Under the pieces are notes generated by a model, which was given only the letters and a program-made list of their open reading frames with translations, searched no databases and was not told the origin of the DNA. Shown here one piece after another: positions 26,832 to 40,315 of a DNA stretch of 64,000 nt. The DNA lies in contig OX597839.1 in NCBI GenBank assembly GCA_951406725.2, forward strand, positions 12,028,001 to 12,092,000, in the 5' to 3' direction. Positions within the stretch are counted from its first letter, which is position 1, and the number at the start of each line of letters is the position of its first letter. The stretch comes from Octopus vulgaris (lineage: Eukaryota). A program made the translations under genes and the position numbers.

Positions 26832-28390
26832 TGGATGACCTAAAACTATACGCTGCAAATGACAAACAGCTGGAAACACTATTAAAGACAGTTCATGGAT
26901 TTACCAAAGAAATAGATATGAAATTTGGATTAGAAAAATGCGCCACAGTAACCATGAAAAGAGGAAAACTAGTTAAGAGTAACAACATCACACTAGATAA
27001 AACCAATGAAATAAAAGAATTAGACCAAAGCCAAACTTACAAATACTTAGGAATCCATGAACTAGATAAGACACAACACACACAAATGAAAGAGAAAATA
27101 AAAAAAGAATATTATAGACGAGTTAGATCAATACTAAAAACAGAGCTCAATGCTAAAAACAAGATAATAGGTATCAACACTTTAGCTGTCCCAGTTATAA
27201 GTTACAGCTACAATATCCTTAACTGGACACGAAATGAACTGTCCAAAATAGATAGGAAAACAAGAAAAATACTGACAGGATCTAGGATGCATCACCCAAA
27301 ATCTGACATAGAAAGACTATATATACAACGTATAGAAGGTGGTAGAGGCCTTATACAGCTGGAAAACTACTATAAAATAACCACCATAGGACTGCAAAAA
27401 TACCTACTTCAGAAGGAAGGAAAACTGATCCAGATAGCAGCAAAACACGAGCAAAACAAAAAACTGTTCTCAGTATTTAAGGAAGCTGACAAATACAAAC
27501 AAGAAATCATACCACCTAATAAACACAAAGAAGAAGAAGAAGATGATGAAGAAACAACAAAAGCTATAAAACAAATGAAATCCAAACTAAAAATAGAACA
27601 GCAACGAGCCATGATAAAACGATGGCAAGAAAAGCCCCTTCATGGTAAATACTGCACTAAACTAAACGCAAAAGAAATAGACAAAGAAAAATCCCAGCAA
27701 TGGTTGAGAAGCTCAGGACTCAAAGCAGAAACAGAGGGATTTTTAATTGCAGCACAAGACCAAAGCCTCCCCACCAGAAATTACCAAAAACATGTAATGA
27801 AAAGAAATATTACAAGTAACTGCAGAATATGTGGAGATGGACAAGAAACAATAAATCATATTATCTCTAGCTGCCCAGTCCTGGCTAAGAAGGAATATAT
27901 TCACAGACATGACAGAGTTGGAACCTACATACATTGGAAGCTATGCCAACATTATGGAATAACAACAGAAAAAAGATGGTATAGGCACAGACCAGAAAAG
28001 GTCACAGAAAACGAGCAAGCAACCATACTCTGGGATATGCCGATACACACAGATAGAGAAATTAAGGCCAACAGACCAGATATAGTTGTCAGAGATCATG
28101 AAGAAAAAAAATGCTTTCTAATTGATGTATCAATACCGGCAGATGACAACGTGTCTCTAAAAGAAATGGAGAAACTCTCAAAATACAAAGACCTGGAAAT
28201 AGAGGTAACTAGAATGTGGAACCTGAAAACAGAAACAATTCCTATCATAGTAGGTGCATTAGGCATGATAAAAAAATATTCAGACAAATACATAACAAAA
28301 ACACCAGGACTTACAAACACATATAACATACAGAAAATTGCACTACTAGGCACTGCACACATCCTACGCAGAACACTTTCCATACAATAA
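26831..28390 (+). CDS. Non-LTR retrotransposon polyprotein (Dong/R4 type), 5'-truncated: RT C-half, CCHC finger, restriction-like endonuclease
   Basis: 519 codons without a stop: (Y)MDDLKLY, FGLEKC, YKYLG, HHPK..RLY..R..GGRGL, CRICGDGQETINHIISSC, RHD, NRPDIV...LIDVSIP, KLSKYKDL, IPIIVGALG. Confidence 0.93.
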
Positions 28391-28484
28391 CCATCAGAGC
28401 ATCACAACAAATCACAGCACATACCCAAGGCACACAGAGCTGCGCTCGGTAGTGAAGTGAAAGCACGCTATAAAAATAAAACTA

Positions 28485-28488
<4 letters not shown>
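26831..28488 (+). mobile_element. Dong/R4-type element inserted in (AAT)n, including ~100-bp 3' UTR
   Basis: ORF above plus UTR ending aaaactactga, directly followed by (ATA)n; the 5' junction abuts (AAT)n. Confidence 0.93.
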
Positions 28489-28567
<79 letters not shown>

Positions 28568-28627
28568 TAATAATAATAATAACGATGATGATGATGATGA
28601 TGATGATAAGAAGAAGAAGAAGAAGAA

Positions 28628-29080
28628 TACAAATACCAGGGGATAAACGAAGATGATATACAACCTGCTACCATGAAGGAAAAAATAAGAAAGGAATATT
28701 ACAGGAGAATAAGACTCATACTAAGAACTGAACTTAACTCTAAAAATCTCATCGAAGCCATTTTCACCCTGGCACTTCCAGCAGTCTAATATATAGGTTT
28801 AACATCATTAACTGAAATATTACAGAGCTCCAATGCCTGGAAGGAAGACAAGAAAACTTGTAACGTCTAAGAGTATGCACCACCCAAAAGCAGATGTTTG
28901 TTGTCTGTACCTACCTAGAAAAAATGGGGGAAGAGGAATGATGCAGGTAGAACTGTGCTACAAAACCCTCCACAATAGCAATGAACAGGTACTTATCGAG
29001 CACAGAGAATTGGACGCTGCGACTTGTGTGTAAACACGAAAGCAGCAAAAAATCACATTCGATTGTCAAGGAAGCTATGA
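28628..29080 (+). pseudogene. Dong/R4-type retrotransposon internal relic, third family
   Basis: YKYQGINED...MKEKIRKEYYRRIRLILRTELNSKN...RKTRKLVTSKSMHHPKADV..LYLPRKNGGRGMMQVELCYKT, with stops and frameshifts. Homologous to 27040-27480. Confidence 0.88.
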
Positions 29081-29166
29081 AGCTCTAACTGTTCTGTTTG
29101 CTGGTCGCTTTTAACCCTAGTATTATACTGGTATTTTAATTTTTAACAAAGGTAATTTTTAACATA

Positions 29167-29577
29167 GGCGCAGGAGTGGCTGTGTGGTAAGTAGCTTGCT
29201 AACCAACCACATGGTTCCGGGTTCAGTCCCACTGCGTGGCATCTTGGGCAAGTGTCTTCTGCTATAGCCCCGGGCCGACCAATGCCTTGTGAGTGGATTT
29301 GGTAGACGGAAACTGAAATAAGCCTGTCGTATATATGTATATATAAGTAGGTGTGTGTGTATATGTTTGTGTGTCTGTGTTTGTCCCCCTAGCATTGCTT
29401 GACAACCGATGCTGGTGTGTTTACGTCCCCGTCACTTAGCGGTTCGGCAAAAGAGACCGATAGAATAAGTACTGGGCTGACAAAGAATAAGTCCCGGGGT
29501 CGATTTGCTCGACTAAAGGCGGTGCTCCAGCATGGCCGCAGTCAAATGACTGAAACAAGTAAAAGAGTAAAAGAGTA
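29167..29577 (+). mobile_element. SINE family A, full length
   Basis: Complete head, CORE-like motif, body and (aaaagagt)2 tail. Confidence 0.93.
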
Positions 29578-29599
29578 CAAGGTCGGACATTTTAAAGGA

Positions 29600-30132
<533 letters not shown>

Positions 30133-31364
30133 TATATGATAATGATAATTTCTTACAAAGTCATAACATTGGATAAGGGTATGGTTGAATATATAGGCCC
30201 TAATATATAACTGGCATTTTATTTGATTTACTTCTTAGGAAGATAGAAATTGTCGGCGGGATTTGAACTCCATCTATAAAGTTATGTAACTCTATACTTC
30301 AAGGCTGTTTGTTCTGTGCTGCAACGATCTCAACTCTGATATTGGAAACACAATACAGTGTTGTTGTTAGCACGGTCGCTCAGTAAACAACAACAACAAC
30401 AACAACAGCAACAACAACAACGACAAAAGCAGCAGCAACAACAACAACGATAAAAATAACACTGAACAATATCAATAATAATTGCATAAACAAACAAATA
30501 TATTTTCGATGAAAATAAAACTTCACTTCATTGAAACAATAATCAAATAACAAACCCTAATTCACGTAAGACAACTCCTCCCTTCTCGACCTCCATACCA
30601 CCGCAAATATGCCCGCCGCGCCAGCCCCACCACCACTTGCAGCAGCGATAACAGAAGTAGCGGCAGCAGTGCCTTCTTCTTCTTCTTCTTTGTCTTCTTC
30701 TCCATCTCCTCCTTCTTCTCACCCTCCTACTCTTTTAGTTTGCCGTTTCCACTCTGGAATTTTCTTGTCTAAGATGTTGAAATATCAAGTCATCTTTTCA
30801 AATTCAATTATTTCTGTAGAATTTGTTCAATTTTAAAAGTTATGAGGCTTTTACGAATAAACAACGTCACAACATACGCACATACATATATATACACAAA
30901 CACACATAAACACACACACAGACACAAACTACACACACATACACACTCACATACATAGAAACATATAGGCATGTATACACAACATAGACACGTGTATATG
31001 CACATGCATATATAAATATATACACATGCATATACAAACATATATAAACGCATTTAAATACACACACAGCCATACAAAAAACTTACACATACATCTACTA
31101 ACATATATACATACATATTCACATATATACAAGCATATACATATACATACAGAAATATATACACATGCATGTACAAACATATGCACATATATACAAACAT
31201 ATACACACACATATACACATATACATATACATACACAAATATATATACATGCATGTACAAACATATGCACATATATACAAACATATATACACATACACAC
31301 ACATACATATACACAAAGATATACATATTCATATACAAATACTCACACATGCATGTACAGACAT

Positions 31365-31500
31365 ACACACACATATACAAACGTATACACATGCATATAC
31401 AAACATATACACATGCATATACAAACATATACACATGCATATACAAACGTATACACATGCATATACAAACGTATACACATGCATATACAAACATATATAG
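31365..31500. repeat. 22-bp minisatellite acacatgcatatacaaacRtat, ~6 copies
   Basis: Directly visible tandem units. Confidence 0.85.
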
Positions 31501-31814
31501 ATGCATGTATACAAACGTATGCCCAAACATATAGAAACATACGCATGCGCAGCAGCCATTTCTTTCTATTGTCGTTGTACTGCATCTGTTGTTGTTGTTG
31601 TTGTTGTAGCAGTTCTTGAAGCTGCTGTTGTTGTTTTTCTGTTCGTCATCGTGACATTTTCACTGAGTTCTTTAAAATAAAGACAGATTTATTATTATAC
31701 GCCGCCATTGTGTTTCGTAACAAGTTCGTGTCGAACCAACGCTGTTACAACCACTTCGTTTCATTCACCGTTTATTCATTTTTGCATAGATCAGGTACGT
31801 ACAAGCATGCGCAG

Positions 31815-31860
<46 letters not shown>

Positions 31861-32003
31861 ATACTGAGAGTCATAGACATGTATATACACAGACACACAA
31901 GTACACTAATGCGAGTGATCGCACAGAGTAACGGAACCCAATATACATTCAGCCATATGTGTTCATACACACGCACACACCGATACTCACACAAAAACAT
32001 AAC

Positions 32004-32034
<31 letters not shown>

Positions 32035-32076
32035 TGTATGTATGTATGTATGTATGTATGTATGTATGTATGTATG

Positions 32077-32130
<54 letters not shown>

Positions 32131-32139
32131 ATATGGATG

Positions 32140-32177
<38 letters not shown>

Positions 32178-32310
32178 CATGTGTGTATGCATGTGTACGA
32201 ATGTGTACATATACACAGGCAAATTCGTATATATATATATTACACACACAAATATATATAGAGAGAGAAAGAGAGAGATAAATAGATATAGATATACATG
32301 CACACATACA

Positions 32311-32344
<34 letters not shown>

Positions 32345-32604
32345 CATATACACACACATATATATCGTTGCTATTATGTTAAACTGTCATATGTCCAAAT
32401 TTGGCCAAATGCGTTGTTTTTCAATGTTTATATTTGCTTGCAATTGCCGGTTCTTTTGGTTAAACTATCGTATCTCCAGCTGCTTTCGATGCCAAGATTT
32501 CAAAAATTGTCAGTGTAGTACAACGGTTTTGGTATGGAATGGTGAAACTATTTTTTGTTTTCTGAAAAAGTAACGTTTTGGACTTACAACATTTTTGCAT
32601 AACA

Positions 32605-33168
32605 TTGGGTTGTCCGGAAAGTTCGAGCCGATTATAGTAGCTTGCCTTCCGACTTATTTTAGAACATGGTTGAGTCCATAAAATAGGATTTGGTTACACC
32701 CCCATTTAGAGCACAGTTTGAGGTATTTTTTCGTGGAAGAAGGTTTATGTTCCTATGGCCTGTGTTAATTCTGTAACCCTTGAAAATGGAAGATAAGAAA
32801 GTTCATTTTCGGCAGGTGATGCTTTGGTAACCAGACAAAAATTGCTGCAGCTCGGCTGGGATGTGTTACCCCACCCTCCATATTCACCAGATATTGCTCC
32901 TTCGGATTTCCACTTATTCAGGTCTCTGCAGAATAGTCTTAATGGTAAAAATTTCAATTCCTTGATGACGTAAAAAGATACCTTGATGAAGTCTTTGCCA
33001 TGAAACCACCTCAATTCTGGGAAGAGGGTATTTTCAAGTTAAAGGAAAGATGGAGACGCATTGTGCAACAAAATGGTTCATATTTGGTTGATTAAAAAGG
33101 TAATGGCAAGTATTTATTGACCTTTTTCTTTCCTTTAAAAATCGGCACGAACTTTCCGGACAACCCAA
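32605..33168 (+). mobile_element. Internally deleted mariner element
   Basis: TIR ttgggttgtccggaaagttcgWgccgatt at both ends (1 mismatch). TA follows the right end; CA precedes the left. MEDKKVHFR start at 32786 is joined to TRQKLLQLGWDVLPHPPYSPDIAPSDFHLFRSLQN...RWRRIVQQNGSYLVD*. Confidence 0.95.
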
Positions 33169-33619
33169 TAGTAACGATATATATATATATATCATGGTGA
33201 ATGCCGGACAAAAGGGTCACATAAGTGAGCTAAGAAGAAGGGGAGATAATAAAGTAGTCGCGATCCCAAAATGAAGGTGCGCGTGCGTGTGTATAAGAGG
33301 ATTTGTATGTGCGTGTGGAATAGGGCTGGTGACCTTGACGTGTGCGTGTGTGTATGTGTAGGTGTGAAAATGTGGGGCTGGGAAGTGATCAGTGCTGGTG
33401 TGTTGTGATGTGATGTGTTGTGTGGTATGGTCTAGTGTGTGTTTTCAATATATATATCTATATCCATATCTATATATATATATACATGCATACACGACGG
33501 GATTCAATAAGTTTCCATCTACCAAATCCACTCACCAGGCTTTGGTCAGCCTGAGGCTATAGTAGAAGAACCATGAGGTTGGGAAGCAAGGTTCTTACTC
33601 TACAGCTACGCCTGTGCCT

Positions 33620-33654
<35 letters not shown>

Positions 33655-34011
33655 AAGCGCGCGCTTTTGTGTTTGTATTTATCTTCCCACCGCCATCAAG
33701 TTTTAAAAAATAATTACTAGGGTCGATTGTTTCGTACTAAAATCTCTCAAGGCGGTGTCCCTTGCATGGAATAATCCATTGTTTGGTCAGTTGATTTGCC
33801 GTGGATAATCCGTGAATTCCGTTGCTCTAGTTTCAAGGAACCCCCGTTTCGATCTCGAACATCACACAAGATGTTGACAATTTGTGCAAGGAATATAACA
33901 GTTTGATGTCATTACACAAACGTCGTACAGCTTTTAAAGAAACAAAGATATCTGATACCGCTGGAGTTTTGTCGCAAATATTTCTCAACTGTATCTAATT
34001 AAGTATATATA

Positions 34012-34229
34012 TGAGGCGGTACTGAAAAGTTCCTGACTTTAAAGGTATCACGAAAGGCCTGGTTGGAGGCGCCCAACCTTTCGAGTTTTTTTTTAATTTC
34101 TTTTTTTTTTATGGACCGCTGCAGTAAGTGTATGAACCTGAAAGGGGAATATGTTGAATAAAACCATAATTAACGGACCCTTTTGTATTTTCTTTTACAT
34201 AAAACCAGGAACTTTTCAGCACCCCATCG
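34012..34229 (+). mobile_element. Mariner-derived MITE
   Basis: Inverted ends gaggcggtactgaaaagttcctg / caggaacttttcagcaccccatc. Retains the transposase tail DRCSKCMNLKGEYVE*. Confidence 0.8.
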
Positions 34230-34634
34230 GACACACCCGAAAGAAAAAAGCCTGACATATGAAAGTGACATAGGGAGTCGTGTATGTACATATGTGTGCC
34301 TGGTACGAGTATGGTAGTGTACAACGCTTCAAGTAAATGCGAGATGTCATGGGAGTGTGACTAGATCCACAATATCATAATTAGCAGAACAATGATTCTT
34401 GTAGCGGAGAGGAAACTGGAAAATATTTCATCAGTGAGGACCTAAATATGTGACAGAAATACCAAAGCTGTGAGAAAGCAGTAAAAACTCAACAAGTAGT
34501 GAAAGAAGCTGGTTGCTGTGCAACAAGAGTGGTTACAGCTGCATCCGGGTCTAATGCTGTGCATAAATGGATGACAAAGGGAAAAGAAAAGAGTGGCATA
34601 AAACAACCCGGACGTAGATAGGAAAATAGAATCT

Positions 34635-35083
34635 GGCACAGGTGTGGCTGTTTGGCAAGAAGCCTGATTCCCAACCACGTGGTTCCGGGTTCAGTCGCAC
34701 TGCGTGGCACATTGGGCAAGTGGCTTCTACTATATCCTCCTTGGGCCGACCTTCTATCATAGCCACGTGGCCGACCAAAGCCTTGAGTGGATTTGGTAGA
34801 TGGAAACTGGAAGAAGCCCGTTGCGTATATGTATATATATATATATATATATACACATGTGTGTGTGTGTGTGCTCGCGGGCGTATGACTGTGTTTGTCT
34901 TTTTCCCGTACCACCGCTTGACAACCGGTGTTGGTTTGTCCACGTCCCCGTAACTTAGCAGTTTGGCAAGAAGCAGTGATAGAATAAGTACCAGGGTTAT
35001 TAAAATATAAGTACTTGGGTCTATTCTTTCGACTAAAATATTCTTCAAGATGGTGCCCCAGCATAGCCGCAGTCAAAAGATAA
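34635..35083 (+). mobile_element. SINE family A, diverged, with internal duplication of the cttcta..atagcc..ggccgacc segment
   Basis: Head ggcacaggtgtggctgtttgg through tail ccagcatagccgcagtc. Confidence 0.85.
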
Positions 35084-35392
35084 AGGATTTTAAAAAATGA
35101 TGTGTGTCCGTAAATTATCACCGATTCCTTGAAGAGAGTCAATCACAGACATTTGCCGACCCCTCAAGTGAATTTACTTATAAATCGTCTGACCTCGTGG
35201 AACAATCTCATAGCGAGTGATGCCCTTCAAGTCAATCAGCATTATGTCCGCATTCCAGAGAGTCTTATGGAGACGATAACCCAATCGTCGCAGCCGTTCT
35301 ATTACTATTCACTGCTACCATGACAACAAAGTTATTCCTTCTGCAAGTATAAGTTTGAAAGCTGAGTCAAGAGAGTGGAGTACCAAGCAGAT

Positions 35393-35891
35393 CAGTGGTT
35401 CTTAACCAATGTTTACCAATGGATCCTTTTCATTACTATTCTATTCTGATGGACCCCCCCCCCTAGCCATTCGATGTTTAAGAACTAGTCTTATAAGTAT
35501 TTCTTTCAAAATCCTTATTAAGTTGTGTAGGTTGAACTATGTAAAATGTTAGAGAAAGGAACCTAACTGTTTCATGCAATAGATACATTATTTTCTACTC
35601 TAGGCACAAGGCCCGAAATTTGGGGGGAGGGGGCAGTCGATTAGATTGAGCCCAGTAAGCAACTGGTACTTAATTAATCGACCCAGAAAGGATGAAATGC
35701 AAAGTCGACCTCGGCGGAATTTGAACTCAGACGATGCAATAAATACATTGAAATCAAAACTTAACATGGACACTTAAAATACAATTATGGATCCCCAATA
35801 TACTATTTCGCTTGCATGACCTCCACCCCCACCAACCCCAAATCTTATATGGACACCCAGGGGTCATATGGCCCCCGTTTGAGAACCACTG
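35393..35891. mobile_element. hAT-type MITE with nested SINE B fragment (35588-35731, minus)
   Basis: TIR cagtggttcttaa / ttgagaaccactg. 8-bp flanks aagcagat / gactagat match at 5 of 8 positions. Confidence 0.7.
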
Positions 35892-36164
35892 GACTAGATG
35901 AAATCTTCAGCCGGTTTAAATGCACAAATCTCTAGAGTCCGTGTGGCTAAAAAGTGTCAGCAGAAGGACAGCCAGCAGCCATGCCCTGGATGCGGCCTGG
36001 CCTTCTTAGAGTGTAAGACGTTAAAAGCCGAAACATTTGTCTGAGAGGGCTGTGTTCTTCTCTGAAGACCTCCTGCTGTTCAGCTCCCTTAAGAGTTTCT
36101 TATCCCTGATGGTTTTCAGAGCATTTCCATCAACATAAGAACAATCAAACAGCTTCTAACTTTA

Positions 36165-36395
36165 TTCATCAAAAACGGCACAAATTTTGCGGCGACACTG
36201 TGCATCTTCTCAATCTTCCTTTAAAAAAAAATCAAGTGGTACACACTTTTGTGGATGTTAACTACGTCAGGAAATATCCTACACAGTCAGGCGACAGTTT
36301 CCAAGGATCCCAACACGCTGTTTCATAATACTACTGGCGTTCAGACCTGTGACAATCTTCAATAGACCGCCTGCTCTCTTTGAAACTATTTTTTG
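36165..36395 (-). pseudogene. Mariner transposase N-terminal relic
   Basis: Minus strand gives KNSFKESRRSIEDCHRSERQ...NCRLTV...EKMHSVAAKFVPFLM, decayed forms of the EDxPRSGRP and VAAKFVP motifs. Confidence 0.7.
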
Positions 36396-37219
36396 GGGTT
36401 TTTTTATGGCCGGGTTCCAACCCGGGCTGCAGCAACAAAGGTCACCATCCACTCCTCTCGGTCAAACATCCCTGCCCGAGATCCTGGATACAATCCAGGA
36501 ACAATGCCTCCGATCAGGTTGTTGATGCAAGTGTGATGACGTTTGCCGCTTCTTACATCACTACGAAGTAACTTCAACAAAACTAATTTGAGTATTCCCA
36601 GTCCAGGGCGGCGGACGCGGTAACCAGATGGTCGTAGCCGTCTTTGACTGATCTCTCGCTAACTTTCGGCAGGTCTGTATAAAGGCATCCGTTTGTCATA
36701 TGTTGCTACCATTTCAGATTTAGCTCTGGAGCCATTCCGTCTACAGATTTTTAATATGTAGGACAAATGAACGGAGTATGACAAATTACTTTCACTACAA
36801 CAAGCCTTACGAGACCGGCTAACAAAGGATTGCTGTATTTGAATTGCTATTAAATGGTCGTTTTTGACCTCGAGTTAGGCTTCGTTACTACTAAATATAT
36901 TTACGACATATAAAAATATATTTTTGATATATTAAATTAATTACTCTTCATTTATATCCTCTTCATCTACAATCTTGTAGATAATATCAGCTGCGTTGGC
37001 AAGACTGTGCACATGTGTGGTTTATGTGGGTTGTGTTCATGAGCCGTGTTTAAGTATGTATACGCGGATGTGTGAGTGCATAGACAGACACACAGACATA
37101 CACACATTCATATTTATATTTAAATATATATGTAAGTATGTGTGTATATATATATATACATACATATATACATTCATAGACATATATGTGCGTGCGTATA
37201 TTTGTATGTGTTCCAGCAT

Positions 37220-37266
<47 letters not shown>

Positions 37267-37275
37267 ATATACATA

Positions 37276-37320
<45 letters not shown>

Positions 37321-37418
37321 TCATAAATAAGGGTGAAAAATTAGATATTAATTTAATAATACCATCAGTTTAACACCAAGTGGCTTAGCAAATAAAAACC
37401 AGGGAGACAATACAAATT

Positions 37419-37772
37419 TATACATAAATATAAGAGAGTTACCGTTAAGTGGTTAACTCTAGTGCTAAAAATAGCTCCTCATTCTGGCATAGCCGGACCG
37501 CATGGGTACTTGACGCTCGTGAGGGTCCAATAAATTGTATCGAAGACAAATGCTGCTGATGACTTATAGATAAATATGTGAGTATAATTGCATATTATAT
37601 TGATAAAGAAACAATTGTTCAGCATTAATCTATCTTTTCGTTGTATTTCACTTTCATTACGTTGAGGGTAATGTTATTTCTTTGTGGAAACAACTTCGGT
37701 GGCTATACCAGAATGAGGAGCTATTTTTAGCACTAGAGTTAACCACTTAACGGTAACTCTCTTATATTTATG

Positions 37773-37776
<4 letters not shown>
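37419..37776. repeat. ~76-bp inverted repeat around a ~205-bp spacer; Penelope-like inverted terminal structure
   Basis: 37419-37494 is the reverse complement of 37701-37776 with 1 mismatch. Confidence 0.85.
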
Positions 37777-37803
<27 letters not shown>

Positions 37804-38996
37804 GCACATATTTCATATACGTGTGTATGTAATTGGGTTCAAGAGTGTATGTATGCGTGTTTATGCGTGTGTGAGATAATGTGCGATTTTTGCTTCGTTA
37901 GATAGTTCTGCGATGGATTCCAGAACACTGGTGGAAACGGTGATCAACGTGGCCGTCGTGGTTCTGGTTGAGATGATATGGTCATTATTATAGCAATGAA
38001 AACTGATGGTGGAGATGATGGGAGCGGCAGGGATGGCGTCTGAGATGATGGCGTCGGAGCAGACAGCGATAGTATTGGTAGCGTAGGTGATGGGAGACCT
38101 AGTTGTGGAGATTGTGACCGTGTTGTTGGCAGTTATTGTAAGTGTTTGTGGTAGCTGTTGATATCAAGCCCCAGGTTAGCTCCCTTCAAGTAAATATATA
38201 ATAAAAAGAGTTCCGGCTGTAAGCAACCTTCCTTTTTCTCAGCAACAATATAGAGGAGACTCATCATTAAATCAATCTTTTTTATATAAACAAATAGGTG
38301 TATAGTGAGAGATTCCGTTGCTATTTCTAGCAGGTCAAACGACCTTGTGGAGACCTCTTCACTGGGTCGTGTAGTCGTAGTAAATATCATAAAGAAAATG
38401 ATGATAATGAGGGCGATGATGACGATAATGAAGATGAAAATGATGAAGATGATGATGATGATGATGATGAAGAGGAGAATTATATATATGTATGCATCTA
38501 TGTATGTATGAATGTGTGTGTGTATGTATGTATGATAGTATATATGTACGTATTCCTGGTGGTGATGATGATAACGATGAGGAAAATGGTGTTGATGATG
38601 GTGACGAAGAGAAGGAGGAGGGTGGTGATAGTGGAGATGATAATAGGTGATGATAATGAGGAGGAAGAGGATGGTTATGGTGGTAGTAAGAATGGTGATG
38701 AGGATAATGGTGATGGTGTAAACGATGATGATGGTGGCGATGATGACGATGATGGTGACAGTGATGAAGGGGAGAAAGAGGAGGAGATGGTGATAGTGAG
38801 GATGATGATGGTGATGTTGTGATGATGAAGATGAAGATGATGATGATGACGATGACGATGACGTTGGTATTGGTGGTGAAGACAGTAATACGCCCTTACG
38901 GCATTATTGCTGAACAGAAATGGAGAGAGCGAGAGACTAAAGATACACACACACGCGCACACACACACACGCACACACACACAAGCACACACACAT

Positions 38997-39030
<34 letters not shown>

Positions 39031-39082
39031 GCACACACACACGCACAGAAAGAGGGGCAAAATGACAGCCATATTTAATCCA

Positions 39083-39159
<77 letters not shown>

Positions 39160-40163
39160 TCATACACACACACATATATATACACACACATGCACACACA
39201 CATATATATATATATACATTCGACATACACTAGCTGTGTGTGTGTGTGTCTATGAGTGTATGTATTGGTTTAAAAATGTCTCTCTCCTTCTCAATCCGTC
39301 TTTCCTGCTCTCTCACTTTCCCATACTTACATCTCTTCATTAATATCATAAGCTGGCTGGTTGTGTATATATATGTGTATGTATACATACACAAACTCAC
39401 ATATCCCAGGGACACAAATCTCTCTCTCTCTCTCTGTATATATACATATATTTATAAATTTATATTACATATATATATATAAATATACGTGTATACGTCT
39501 GTATGTACGTACGTATTTATGCATGTATGTACGTACGTACGTACATATGTATGCATATATGTATGTATGCCTGTCTATTAGTATATATGTGTACAAGAGG
39601 TAAATGCTTGTCTTTGTGTGCCATCATGAATATACAATCTATATGTACGTGGTGTATGCCTGTATGCTGTATGTATAATATATCACTATAAGGATACGTA
39701 ATTTTCCCTCTTCTCTCCTCTTCTCGCATACACACTCACCTCATTTACCTTGTACAAATCACTAGTTGGCTCTCTTAATCGTTCGTCTATTTCTCTTAAT
39801 ACACGATCCAGTGTTCACAGCTAATCACATCTAATAGAAATATATATTTGCTGTTCGTTTGTCTCTCTCCAATGCCGCCTCTCTAAGCTCATTTATCATC
39901 ATTATATATATATCTACATTCTCACGCACACACCTCAGTCCATACACATACATGCACGCACATACGGCTTGTCTCCCCTCTCTCTCTCTCCCTTCCACCC
40001 ATCGTTAGTCAACAATAACTGCAATGATGCCGCCATATTGCTGTTGCTTTTCAGACGAACAACGATCACAATTCTCAATGCACCCCCACCGCTTCTTCAC
40101 TCCTCCACCACATCACTATCGTTAACATCTCCACCGCCGTCATACATGGATTCAGGCTTTTTA

Positions 40164-40199
<36 letters not shown>

Positions 40200-40280
40200 C
40201 AGCAGCAGCATCAGTAGAAATAGTAGTAGTATTAGTAGTAGTGGCAGCAGCAGCAGCAGCAGCAGTAGAAATAGTAGAAA

Positions 40281-40315
<35 letters not shown>

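Noticed and set aside
26042-28600. Repeat-spacer-repeat layout reminiscent of CRISPR
   Set aside because: The repeats are simple (AAT)n and the spacers are retrotransposon 3' ends; eukaryotic context with no cas genes.
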